A stretch of 64,000 nt of DNA, from contig CAJWEW010000005.1 of NCBI GenBank assembly GCA_913030915.1, forward strand, positions 3,523 to 67,522, read 5' to 3'. Within the stretch, counting starts at the first letter, position 1. Each line of letters starts with the position of its first letter. This DNA is from an uncultured Rhodobiaceae bacterium (GTDB lineage: Bacteria > Pseudomonadota > Alphaproteobacteria > Rhizobiales > TMED25). The notes under the pieces are model-generated. The model was not told where the DNA came from, made no database searches, and worked only from the letters and a program-made list of their open reading frames with translations. Positions 21,138-32,164 of this stretch are shown piece by piece. The position numbers were made by a program, and so were the translations under genes.

Positions 21138-22007
21138 ATGGTTCCACATTTTGATAATAGAGAAGGTTTTATTTGGTTCAATGGTGATTTTGTAGATTGG
21201 GCGGATGTAAAGCTGCACGTTTTAAGTCACGCTCTACATTATGCGAGTTCGGTCTTTGAAGGCGAAAGAGTCTACAAGAAGAAAATATTTAAGCTAAATG
21301 AACATACGGAACGGCTGTTTTACTCTGCAAATATAATGGACATGGAAATACCATACACTATGGACGAAGTAAATGAAGCTTGTAACTCCATTGTCAAAAG
21401 AAATAATATTATTGATGGTTATGTAAGGCCAATTGCTTGGAGAGGTGCAGAAATGATGGGTGTATCTGCGCAAAATACAAAAATTAATTTAGCGGTTGCT
21501 GTTTGGGAGTGGCCATCATACTTTGATCCAGAAGAAAGGCTTAAAGGTATTCGGCTGTCACTATCCAAGTGGAGAAGACCGTCTCCTGAGACCATACCTT
21601 GTGATACTAAAGCCGCAGGCTTATATATGATTTGCACTCTTTCAAAGCATGATGCTGAAAAAAACGGATACGCAGACTCATTAATGTTAGATTTTGAAGG
21701 TTTCGTCGCTGAGGCTACAGGAGCAAATGTTTTCTTTATACGAGATAATGAAATTCATACGCCCAGCCCAGATTGTTTCTTAGATGGTATAACAAGGAGA
21801 ACGGTCATAGAGCTCGCCAAGATGAGAGGCTTATCAATCATTGAAAGAAAGATATTACCAGATGAAATGGCTGACTTTACGGAGTGTTTCTTGACTGGAA
21901 CAGCTGTTGAGGTTACCCCAGTATCGCAAATTGGTGAGTTTGATTTTAAGCCAGGTCAGATTACAAAAGACTTGATGGAAGACTACATAAGTCTTGTAAA
22001 TAGATAG
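21138..22007 (+). CDS. ilvE: Branched-chain amino acid aminotransferase (class IV PLP)
   Basis: HYASSVFEGERVY, TKAAGLYM and GTAVEVTPV motifs. Confidence 0.9.
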   Translation: MVPHFDNREGFIWFNGDFVDWADVKLHVLSHALHYASSVFEGERVYKKKIFKLNEHTERLFYSANIMDMEIPYTMDEVNEACNSIVKRNNIIDGYVRPIAWRGAEMMGVSAQNTKINLAVAVWEWPSYFDPEERLKGIRLSLSKWRRPSPETIPCDTKAAGLYMICTLSKHDAEKNGYADSLMLDFEGFVAEATGANVFFIRDNEIHTPSPDCFLDGITRRTVIELAKMRGLSIIERKILPDEMADFTECFLTGTAVEVTPVSQIGEFDFKPGQITKDLMEDYISLVNR

Positions 22008-22022
22008 ATCTTTTGCCTGATT

Positions 22023-22475
22023 TTAAAGACTAAGTTTCTCCCACTGATATAATTTCCTTAAGTCGCTTTCCTTTTGTTCAATCCATATCTCTTTATCAGA
22101 GTATATTTCTTTTTTCCAGAATGGCGCTGAACTTTTCAGGTAATCCATTATGAATTCATTTGCGCTCATACTATCAGAGCGATGACTTGATCCAATTATT
22201 ACCAAAACAATGTTGTCGTTTGGTTTTAATGAGCCATACCTGTGCACTATCCTAATGTTATCAAGAGTCCATTTTGAGCGTGCAATTTCTGTAATACTTT
22301 TGATCTTTTTTTGAGCCATTTCTGGGTAGCAATCAATATGCATACTCTGAAGGTTTTTCTCAGGGCGTACCTTGCCAATAAAAATTGAGATCGCACCGTG
22401 GTCCAAACTACCCTGATTAAAGATCTCTATCTCCTTGGTAAGATCAAAATCCTCTTTTGTGATATTAATATCCAT
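22023..22475 (-). CDS. moaE: Molybdopterin synthase catalytic subunit
   Basis: 150 aa, GAISIFIGKVR, IGSSHR and FWKKE motifs. Downstream of moaD. Confidence 0.85.
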   Translation of the reverse strand: MDINITKEDFDLTKEIEIFNQGSLDHGAISIFIGKVRPEKNLQSMHIDCYPEMAQKKIKSITEIARSKWTLDNIRIVHRYGSLKPNDNIVLVIIGSSHRSDSMSANEFIMDYLKSSAPFWKKEIYSDKEIWIEQKESDLRKLYQWEKLSL

Positions 22476-22476
22476 A

Positions 22477-22728
22477 TTAACCGCCCGTCATTGGAGGGAA
22501 GAAGGCTATCTCATCAGCTTTTGATATCAACTCATTTTCGTTCACCAGAACTTGGTTTACAGCAAATTTGATATTCTTTCTTTTCTCGAAGGCTTTTTTG
22601 TAAGTTTCATCGATTGAGGATAGATAATTAACGAGCTGTCCTATTGTTTCTATTTCAGATGGTATTTCTAAACTTTCTTCGCGTTTATCAATAATTTCTG
22701 CTATCCATGCGAAATACTTAAGTTTCAT
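22477..22728 (-). CDS. moaD: Molybdopterin synthase sulfur carrier subunit
   Basis: 83 aa ending in FPPMTGG (C-terminal GG). Confidence 0.85.
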   Translation of the reverse strand: MKLKYFAWIAEIIDKREESLEIPSEIETIGQLVNYLSSIDETYKKAFEKRKNIKFAVNQVLVNENELISKADEIAFFPPMTGG

Positions 22729-23309
22729 TTTCTTTCTTTTTTATAATGATTTTGAACGGTTTTTATATATATCACTAGAGATATTAGACTTATTATTGCT
22801 GTTGCAAAGATAAAAATATTTGTAAAATTTATTAACTGTATCTCTAAACTACGAGTGAGTGATACCAAAAAAAGTAGAGCTAGTGAAATAAATTGTAATG
22901 TTGTTTTTAATTTTGATAGTTTAATTACATCTATCATTATTCCTTGATGTGCTGTTATTTCTCGCATTGTCATTACTATTATCTCCCGAGCCGTGATAAT
23001 CAGTATCCCGATTGTGGTATATGTATTTAGCAAATCAGAATTTATAAACATCATGAATGCCAATATGACCAGAAGCTTATCCGCAATTGGGTCTAGGATT
23101 TTGCCAAGTATGGATGTTTGGTTTAATTTTCTCGCAAGATATCCGTCAAGAAAATCAGAAAGAGATGCCAGAACAAAAATTATAAAAGCAAGCAATTGCA
23201 GAATATATATTCCTGACAAATAAAATATGAGAATAAATGGGATAGATATGAGTCTAAAATAGGTAATTAAATTTGGTATGGAATATAAGGAGCTGTTTTG
23301 CATTTTCAT
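22725..23309 (-). CDS. pgsA: CDP-diacylglycerol--glycerol-3-phosphate 3-phosphatidyltransferase
   Basis: CDP-alcohol phosphatidyltransferase motif DFLDGYLAR....G..LDPIADK. Confidence 0.9.
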   Translation of the reverse strand: MKMQNSSLYSIPNLITYFRLISIPFILIFYLSGIYILQLLAFIIFVLASLSDFLDGYLARKLNQTSILGKILDPIADKLLVILAFMMFINSDLLNTYTTIGILIITAREIIVMTMREITAHQGIMIDVIKLSKLKTTLQFISLALLFLVSLTRSLEIQLINFTNIFIFATAIISLISLVIYIKTVQNHYKKERK

Positions 23310-23312
23310 ATT

Positions 23313-25166
23313 TTATCTATTTTTAAATGAAGAGTGTATATCTTTTGCTAACTTTTCACTTATCCCAGGAACTTTTATTATATCATCAAAGCTTGCTTCA
23401 CTTATAGACTTTATACTTCCAAAATATCTCATCAGGTGTTGCTTTCTTCTCAGCCCAATGCCTTCAATATCATCAAGTCTGGAGTAATTAATTTGTTTGC
23501 CCCGTCTTGTTCTATGGCTACCGATTGCAAACCTGTGAGCTTCATCTCTGATACGTTGTAAGAAAAAGAAGATAGGGTCATTCTTGTCTAAAATGAAAAC
23601 CCCCTTTTCTTTTGAATGTATCTTTTCATTACCATATTTTCTATTTTTATCTTTTGATATGCTTATAACCTCAATATCTTTTATCTTATTCTCTTTCATA
23701 ATATCAATGGCAATATTCAATTGACCTTTACCGCCATCAATTACAACAAGGTCAGGAGAACTATCTTGAAAATTTTTCTCAGATAGTTTTGCAAATCTCC
23801 TTGTGAGAACTTCTCGCATCATTGCATAGTCATCACTTGTTGAGATATCTCTAGATTTTATATTGAACTTTCTGTAATTCTTATTATCAAAACCGTTTTG
23901 ACCAACAACGATCATAGCGCCAACTGGAAAGCTGCCCTGTGTATGGCTATTATCGTAAACTTCAATTCTACGTGGTACTTTATTCAATTGTAATTTTGTG
24001 GCAAGTCCTTCAAGAAGACTTTTCTGATCTTGCATCTGATTAACTTTTCTATTTAGCGCTTGTTCAGCATTCATAAGTACTTTTTTAACAAGTTTATATT
24101 TTTCACCCTGTTTAGGTTGAGTGATTTTTATTTTTCGCTTATTTTTTTCTGATAAAGCACTCGAAAGAAGTTTTTCACTTGGTAATTTTTCCGACACGAT
24201 TATGTTATTTGGGCATGGGTGGGATGTATAAAATTGAGCGATAAATGAGTCTAATATTTCTGGATTTGTGTCAAGTTTATTTGCGATAGGATAGTATTCC
24301 CTATTACCCCAATTTTGACCCGCCCTGATAAAAAATACTTGTATGCATACGACATTGTTTAGTCGACTAATACCAAAAGCATCTGCATCACCAATATTCG
24401 AATTATTAATAGATTGCTGGGAAATTATTTTATTTATAGTCTCTAGTCTATCTCTCAGTTTTGCTGCATTCTCGTAATTAAAGTTTGCTGACTCATTCTG
24501 CATGTCGGTATAAATTTTATCCTTGATATTACTTGCACGGCCATTCATAAAATCATGCAAGTCATTGATGAGATGATCATAATTTTGTTTGGAAATTTCT
24601 CCCGTACAAGGCGCAGAGCATCTGTTTATTTGATACAAAAGACACGGCCTAGATCTATTTTCAAATACGTGATTACTGCAGGTTCTGATTAAGAAGGCTT
24701 TTTGTAAAGTATCAATGGTCTTATTGACGGCCCCAGCTGAAGCAAATGGTCCGTAATAATCACCGTTTAACTTATTATCACCTCTATATTTCATCAATCT
24801 TGGGTAATCATGCTCCTTATTAACCAATATTTTTGCAAAGGACTTATCATCGCGCATTGCGATATTATATTTTGGTTTATTCTTCTTAATAAGATTTGCT
24901 TCTAGTAGAAGTGCTTCAGCTTCAGTACTGGTTATCGTAAACTCCATCGATCTTGTCTCTGAAATCATTTTTTTTATTCTGTATGTATGATTGTTAAGAT
25001 TCGTATAGCTTTTAACCCTGTTGAATAAGTTTTTCGCTTTCCCGATATATAATATCTCTTTGCTAGCATCGAGCATTTTATATACACCCGGCTTCTTGGT
25101 CAGATCTTTGGAATAAGACCTGATAGTTGAAATGCCTGTTTCAGTATTTGTTGGTTCTCTCTTCAT
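23313..25166 (-). CDS. uvrC: Excinuclease ABC subunit C
   Basis: GIY-YIG N-terminus (PGVYKMLDASKEILYIGKAKNL), UVR domain, C-terminal HhH (IEGIG). Confidence 0.95.
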   Translation of the reverse strand: MKREPTNTETGISTIRSYSKDLTKKPGVYKMLDASKEILYIGKAKNLFNRVKSYTNLNNHTYRIKKMISETRSMEFTITSTEAEALLLEANLIKKNKPKYNIAMRDDKSFAKILVNKEHDYPRLMKYRGDNKLNGDYYGPFASAGAVNKTIDTLQKAFLIRTCSNHVFENRSRPCLLYQINRCSAPCTGEISKQNYDHLINDLHDFMNGRASNIKDKIYTDMQNESANFNYENAAKLRDRLETINKIISQQSINNSNIGDADAFGISRLNNVVCIQVFFIRAGQNWGNREYYPIANKLDTNPEILDSFIAQFYTSHPCPNNIIVSEKLPSEKLLSSALSEKNKRKIKITQPKQGEKYKLVKKVLMNAEQALNRKVNQMQDQKSLLEGLATKLQLNKVPRRIEVYDNSHTQGSFPVGAMIVVGQNGFDNKNYRKFNIKSRDISTSDDYAMMREVLTRRFAKLSEKNFQDSSPDLVVIDGGKGQLNIAIDIMKENKIKDIEVISISKDKNRKYGNEKIHSKEKGVFILDKNDPIFFFLQRIRDEAHRFAIGSHRTRRGKQINYSRLDDIEGIGLRRKQHLMRYFGSIKSISEASFDDIIKVPGISEKLAKDIHSSFKNR

Positions 25167-25173
25167 ATGACCT

Positions 25174-25923
25174 TTAATTTTCTATGAAGTCTGGCGTCTT
25201 CCATGATAAGTGCTGTCCAGAGTCGATTGCGATTATTTGTCCCGTGACCGACTCTGTACTTAATAGGAATTTTATCGCATTTGAGATATCTTTTATACTT
25301 GGCTGTCTTTGTAACGGTGTATTATTCGCTTCAGTGTCAAACATCTCTGTTGTCTGGTCATGGTTTGCTAGTATAGGACCTGGTGCAATTGCATTAACTC
25401 GGATTGATGGACTATATTCTTGAGCCATCATTTGGGTGACTCCCCACAAACCAAACTTACTGACTGAATAGCTGAAATAAGAGGGGTTTAATCTCATTAC
25501 ACGCTGGTCGATTATATTAATAATATTATTATCCTTATCTTTTCGGTGGGTTTTACATAGATGTTTTGATAGTAAAATTGGCGCCAAAAGATTTATATTC
25601 ACATGTTTTGAGAAATTTTCAACTTCAATATTTTTTGCACTGTCATTTTCAAACACCGATGCGCAATTAATGATTGTATCAAGATCTTGTCCAACGTCTT
25701 TTGTAATTTTATCCAGCATATTCAGAATATCATCCTGAATTGACAGGTTAGCTCTATAGATAAATGACTCTATTTTTTTATTTTTCAGATCATTTTGTAA
25801 TTTTTTGGCGTCTAGATCCGAATTATTATAATGAATTAGGATACGATTATTCTCATAACCGAGTTCTTCTGCAATTGATTTACCAATCCTTTTTGCGCCA
25901 CCTGTTATTAATATTGTTCTCAT
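25174..25923 (-). CDS. SDR family oxidoreductase (pteridine-reductase-like)
   Basis: ITGGAKRIG Rossmann motif and YSVSK catalytic motif. I chose the ATG at 25923 (GGGAG 6 nt upstream); the longest ORF runs to 25953 and would overlap the uvrB stop. Confidence 0.8.
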   Translation of the reverse strand: MRTILITGGAKRIGKSIAEELGYENNRILIHYNNSDLDAKKLQNDLKNKKIESFIYRANLSIQDDILNMLDKITKDVGQDLDTIINCASVFENDSAKNIEVENFSKHVNINLLAPILLSKHLCKTHRKDKDNNIINIIDQRVMRLNPSYFSYSVSKFGLWGVTQMMAQEYSPSIRVNAIAPGPILANHDQTTEMFDTEANNTPLQRQPSIKDISNAIKFLLSTESVTGQIIAIDSGQHLSWKTPDFIEN

Positions 25924-25939
25924 TAATTGCTCCCGTACA

Positions 25940-27952
25940 TCAATGATCTTCATCGATAAGTAAATTTTTATTACTTAGCCTCTTAAGCTCATCTCTAATT
26001 CTTGCTGCTTCTTCAAATTCAAGATTTGAAGCAGCATCTAACATTTCTTTTTTTAATCTATCAATTTTCTTTTTAAAATCTTCTTCCTTCAGCTCTATGT
26101 TACTATCTATTCCTACATTATAGTAATCTTTTTCATAAATTGAGTAATCAAGATCATCAACATTCCTCGATATTGTTTCTGGTGTAATATCATTCTCTTT
26201 GTTGTATAGTCGCTGCTTCTTTCTTCTTCTCTCAGTTTCTGCTAATGCGTTTGATATTGAATTCGTTACTTTATCGGCATAAAGGATTACTCTTCCATTT
26301 ATATTTCTTGCTGCCCTACCAATAGTTTGTGTGAGTGATGTCTCAGATCTTAAAAAACCCTCTTTATCGGCATCAAGTATTGCTACAAGGGAGCATTCTG
26401 GAATATCTAGACCCTCCCTAAGTAGGTTTATGCCAATTAATACGTCAAAAATTCCTTTTCTTAGGTCTTTTATTATTTCAATACGCTCTATCGTATCAAT
26501 ATCTGAGTGTAAATAGCGAACCCTGATTCCCTTTTCATGCATAAATTCAGTCAAATCTTCGGCCATTTTTTTTGTGAGAACCGTGATTAGTACTCTTTGA
26601 TTGCTTGTTATTATGTTATTTATTTCGTCAACTATATCCTCCACCTGATTTTTTACAGGTCTAATCTCTGTGGTTGGGTCAATTAGACCAGTTGGTCGGA
26701 TAATCTGTTCAATAAATTTACCTCCAGTTTGACTCAACTCCCACTTACCGGGTGTTGCCGAAACATATATAGTTTGAGATCTCATTCCATTCCATTCGTC
26801 AAAATTTAAGGGTCTATTATCTTTGCATGAAGGCAATCTAAAGCCATATTCAGATAAATTTTCTTTTCTACTTAAGTCCCCCTTATACATCGCACCCAAC
26901 TGAGGGATCGTAACATGACTTTCATCAATGAATACGATTGCATCTTTTGGCATAAATTCAAATAGCGTAGGGGGCGGATTGCCTTCCCGTCTCCCTGATA
27001 AGTACCTTGAGTAATTTTCTATGCCTGCGCATGTTCCGGTAGTACCTATCATTTCAAGATCAAATATTGTTCTCTGCTCTAATCTCTGTGCTTCTAGTAA
27101 CTTATTTTCTCTGTTAAAGAAATCAAGGCGTGACTTTAGGTCATCTTTTATCTGCAGCATTGCTGTCTCAAGAGTTGGCTTTGGGGTTATATAATGAGAG
27201 TTTGCAAATATTGTTATTGAATCAATCTTATCAAAAATTTCGCCGGTAAGCGGGTCAAATTCTTCAATTGACTCAACGTCATTACCAAAGAAAGATATTC
27301 TCCAAGCTTTATCGTCATAATGGGCTGGAAAGATTTCAAGTGTATCGCCTCTGACCCTGAATGTACCACGGTAAAAATTCAGATCATTACGTTTGTATTG
27401 GAGTTCAACTAATCTAGTAATAATCATCCGCAGGTCAATATTCATATTAACCTCAATTTTCTCTGTCATATCTGCATATACATCCAACGAACCAATCCCA
27501 TAAATGCAAGACACGGATGCGACGATTATAAGATCCCTCTTTTCAATAAGTGATCTTGTTGCTGAGTGCCGCATTTTGTCGATCTGCTCGTTTATTGAGG
27601 CGTCTTTTTCAATGTATGTATCTGTCCTAGCAACATATGCTTCAGGTTGATAATAATCATAATATGACACAAAATACTCGACAGCGTTTTGGGGAAAAAA
27701 AGATTTAAATTCACCGTAAAGTTGCGCTGCAAGTGTTTTATTTGGTGCCAATACAATGGCAGGCCTTTGAACTTCTTCAATTATCTTTGCCATGGTGTAT
27801 GTTTTACCAGAGCCTGTTACACCAAGTAATACCTGATCTTTTGCTCCATTGTTTAATCCCTCTGTAAGAGAATTTATTGCATTTGGCTGATCGCCTGAGG
27901 GCTTAAACTTGGATTGTATTTGAAACTTATTTTGAACCAATTCTTGAGACAT
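25940..27952 (-). CDS. uvrB: Excinuclease ABC subunit B
   Basis: GVTGSGKT Walker A, DESH box, C-terminal UVR motif ([13 protein letters not shown]). Confidence 0.95.
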   Translation of the reverse strand: MSQELVQNKFQIQSKFKPSGDQPNAINSLTEGLNNGAKDQVLLGVTGSGKTYTMAKIIEEVQRPAIVLAPNKTLAAQLYGEFKSFFPQNAVEYFVSYYDYYQPEAYVARTDTYIEKDASINEQIDKMRHSATRSLIEKRDLIIVASVSCIYGIGSLDVYADMTEKIEVNMNIDLRMIITRLVELQYKRNDLNFYRGTFRVRGDTLEIFPAHYDDKAWRISFFGNDVESIEEFDPLTGEIFDKIDSITIFANSHYITPKPTLETAMLQIKDDLKSRLDFFNRENKLLEAQRLEQRTIFDLEMIGTTGTCAGIENYSRYLSGRREGNPPPTLFEFMPKDAIVFIDESHVTIPQLGAMYKGDLSRKENLSEYGFRLPSCKDNRPLNFDEWNGMRSQTIYVSATPGKWELSQTGGKFIEQIIRPTGLIDPTTEIRPVKNQVEDIVDEINNIITSNQRVLITVLTKKMAEDLTEFMHEKGIRVRYLHSDIDTIERIEIIKDLRKGIFDVLIGINLLREGLDIPECSLVAILDADKEGFLRSETSLTQTIGRAARNINGRVILYADKVTNSISNALAETERRRKKQRLYNKENDITPETISRNVDDLDYSIYEKDYYNVGIDSNIELKEEDFKKKIDRLKKEMLDAASNLEFEEAARIRDELKRLSNKNLLIDEDH

Positions 27953-28102
27953 TTTGAGCTGTCATTTTGTTATTATATTTTATAAATAATTATTATGTTT
28001 ACATTTAAATTTCAATATTTATAAACTATATTTTTTGTAACAAATAAACTATATTTGTGTTAGATAAAATGATGAGCATCAAATATTTTCGGAGGAATTG
28101 TA

Positions 28103-29618
<1,516 letters not shown>

Positions 29619-29654
29619 AAAAAACTGAACTCCAGGGCAGAGTCCAGTTTTTTT
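29619..29654 (+). terminator. Rho-independent terminator, potentially bidirectional
   Basis: The stem AACTGAACTC / GAGTCCAGTT has one mismatch and a 7-nt loop. It is flanked by an A-run upstream and TTTTTTT downstream, and lies directly after the aminotransferase stop. Confidence 0.6.
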
Positions 29655-29741
29655 GTGATGTGCAAGCGTATATGTTAATTGGGAGGTTTCATATACATAT
29701 TCACTAAGTTAACTTAATTGTGTATGCAAATCTATACATAA

Positions 29742-29773
29742 TAATGCAAAATAGATATGCGTTTTTTGCATTA
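29742..29773 (-). terminator. Hairpin abutting the lysR stop (possible terminator)
   Basis: Perfect 10-bp stem TAATGCAAAA / TTTTGCATTA with a 12-nt loop. There is no clean U-tract on the minus strand. Confidence 0.3.
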
Positions 29774-30655
29774 CTAAAATGCCCACTCTTTTCCTTTTTC
29801 AATAATAAATTCCCTAAAAACTGCAATCCTTTTTGAATTCCTTCTTTCTTCTGCGTAAGTCAGATAGGTATCGATTTCAGGGAGTTTTGCGTTGAACGCT
29901 ATTCTAACTAAATTATCATCCTGACCAATAAGATAATCTGGAAGCATTGCAATTCCAATATCATTTGAGACCGCCATGTGTAAACCTTTTATGTTTCCTA
30001 TTTTTAAAATTGGTTTTATCTTATATTCCTTAGTTATATTCTCCAGCCAATTTATCTCTTTAAGATAATCGGGCGCTTTCCCATATGTAACAATTTTGTG
30101 GTTCTTAAGGTCACTTGTTTTGCTTGGGGTGCCATACTCATTAAGATAATTTGGCGATGCGTATAAATGAAAATGAACAGTGAATAGTTTACGTTGTATA
30201 AGATCTAATTGTTGCGGCTTGTGGAACCTGATTGCGATATCAGCTTCCCTCATTCCAACATCAAGCTCTGCATCAGTTAACCTGAGCTCTAGATTAATTT
30301 CAGGAAATTTTGAAGTAAAATCTCCAAGACGAGGTGTAAGCCAATTAGTACCAAGGCCAACTGTTGTTGTAACAGATAAATCTCCTGATGGTCTTTCTTT
30401 ACTGTCTATTAATTCAAATTCGGCGTCTTTAATTATATCAACAATATTTCTTGTCCGCTTGTAAAGTAGCTCACCCTGCTCAGTAAGTATAAGTCCTCGA
30501 GGGTGTCTGTGAAATAGCGGAATACCAACCTCATATTCGAGGTTAGAAATTTGTCTACTAATAGCAGATTGACTTGTGTTAATTTCCTCACTTGCATGAG
30601 AAAAGCTACCAGCATCTGCAACTATGTGAAAAATCCTTAACCTATCCCAGTCCAT
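29774..30655 (-). CDS. LysR family transcriptional regulator
   Basis: N-terminal wHTH (FSHASEEINTSQSAISRQISNLE) plus a LysR substrate-binding domain. Contains no cysteines, so it is not OxyR-like. Overlaps the trxB stop by 14 nt. Confidence 0.85.
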   Translation of the reverse strand: MDWDRLRIFHIVADAGSFSHASEEINTSQSAISRQISNLEYEVGIPLFHRHPRGLILTEQGELLYKRTRNIVDIIKDAEFELIDSKERPSGDLSVTTTVGLGTNWLTPRLGDFTSKFPEINLELRLTDAELDVGMREADIAIRFHKPQQLDLIQRKLFTVHFHLYASPNYLNEYGTPSKTSDLKNHKIVTYGKAPDYLKEINWLENITKEYKIKPILKIGNIKGLHMAVSNDIGIAMLPDYLIGQDDNLVRIAFNAKLPEIDTYLTYAEERRNSKRIAVFREFIIEKGKEWAF

Positions 30656-31595
30656 TGGTATTCTTGTTTGCTAAAAAATTTTCTGCATCTAAGGCGGCCA
30701 TACAGCCCATTCCCGCGGCGGTTACAGCTTGACGATATTTTTCGTCAGTCACATCACCAGCAGCAAAGACACCAGAAATTGAGGTTTTAGTGGATCCAGG
30801 AGTCGTGACTATATATCCATTTTTGGTTTCTAAATCTTTTTCAAATAGTTCTGTTGCCGGTTTATGACCAATTGCAATAAAAACGCCGTCTGTTTCTACG
30901 TGTACTGTTTTATTTGATTTCGTGTTTCGTATATTTATGCCAGTGACAGAATTTGGATTTTGTGTACCTGTAATTTCATCAACAACACTATCCCAGATTA
31001 CATTTATTTTCTTATTCTTGAATAATCTGTCTTCTAATATCTTTTCGCATCGCAATTCATCTCTTCTATGAATGAGTGTTACCTTGCTTGCAAAATTTGT
31101 TAAAAATAACGCCTCTTCAACAGCTGTATTCCCACCTCCAACAACAACTACAGCCTTATCCTTATAAAAAAAACCATCACAGGTTGCGCATGCTGAAACT
31201 CCAAAACCCATAAATCTTTCCTCAGTTTCCAACCCAAGCCATTTTGCTTGGGCTCCAGTACAAATGATAATACTGTCAGCAGTATATTCAGTTCCTGAAT
31301 CACCATTTATTTGGAATGGATATTTTGATAGATTGCATAGATTAATGTGGTCGTTTATCACTTCTACACCTGTGTTCTTGGCCTGCAGTCTCATCTGATC
31401 CATGAGCCATGGACCTTGTATGATATCTGCGAAACCTGGGTAGTTTTCCACGTCAGTGGTAATTGTAAGTTGGCCACCGGGTTGGATACCTTCAATCAGA
31501 ATTGGTTCTAGCATGGCTCGAGCAGCATAAATTGCAGCAGTGTATCCAGCTGGACCTGAACCAATAATTATTACCTTAGATTTTTTTTTAGTCAT
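30642..31595 (-). CDS. trxB: Thioredoxin-disulfide reductase
   Basis: GSGPAGYTAA FAD motif, redox CATCDG, GGGNTAVEEA NADPH motif. Confidence 0.95.
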   Translation of the reverse strand: MTKKKSKVIIIGSGPAGYTAAIYAARAMLEPILIEGIQPGGQLTITTDVENYPGFADIIQGPWLMDQMRLQAKNTGVEVINDHINLCNLSKYPFQINGDSGTEYTADSIIICTGAQAKWLGLETEERFMGFGVSACATCDGFFYKDKAVVVVGGGNTAVEEALFLTNFASKVTLIHRRDELRCEKILEDRLFKNKKINVIWDSVVDEITGTQNPNSVTGINIRNTKSNKTVHVETDGVFIAIGHKPATELFEKDLETKNGYIVTTPGSTKTSISGVFAAGDVTDEKYRQAVTAAGMGCMAALDAENFLANKNTNGLG

Positions 31596-31631
31596 ATGTT
31601 TATAGTTTGTTTATTGAATACCACGGTCATC

Positions 31632-32105
31632 TTATGCATACTTAATTTTGATAATTTCGTAGCTTTTACCGCCACCTGGTGTAGCAACTTCAACACTATC
31701 ACCGATAGTTTTTCCTATTAGTGCTCTTGCAATTGGTGAGCTTATTGATATTAGACCCTCGGAGATATTAGACTCAAATTCACCAACAATTTGATACTTA
31801 GCTTCTTTTTCTGTATCCTCATCGATTACGGTCACCATCGCACCGAATTTTACAATATTACCTGATAATTTTGTTATATCAATTACATCAGCCCTAGATA
31901 ATTTATCCTCAAGATCACTAATCTTCGCCTCATTCATTGCCTGCTGTTCTTTTGCTGCGTGATACTCAGCGTTTTCTGACAGATCACCATGCTTCCGTGC
32001 TTCAGCAATCGCTGCAATAATTTGCGGTCTTTCAGTCGTCTTCAGGCGTTTAATTTCAGCTTGAAGATTTTCATAGCCATTGATTGTCATTGGTATTTTA
32101 TCCAT
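31632..32105 (-). CDS. greA: Transcription elongation factor GreA
   Basis: 157 aa with [14 protein letters not shown] and [14 protein letters not shown] motifs. Confidence 0.95.
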   Translation of the reverse strand: MDKIPMTINGYENLQAEIKRLKTTERPQIIAAIAEARKHGDLSENAEYHAAKEQQAMNEAKISDLEDKLSRADVIDITKLSGNIVKFGAMVTVIDEDTEKEAKYQIVGEFESNISEGLISISSPIARALIGKTIGDSVEVATPGGGKSYEIIKIKYA

Positions 32106-32164
32106 CAGTTATCCTATGTGAATTTATTCCTTTAATAGTGTAAGACTACATTACTAAATATTTA

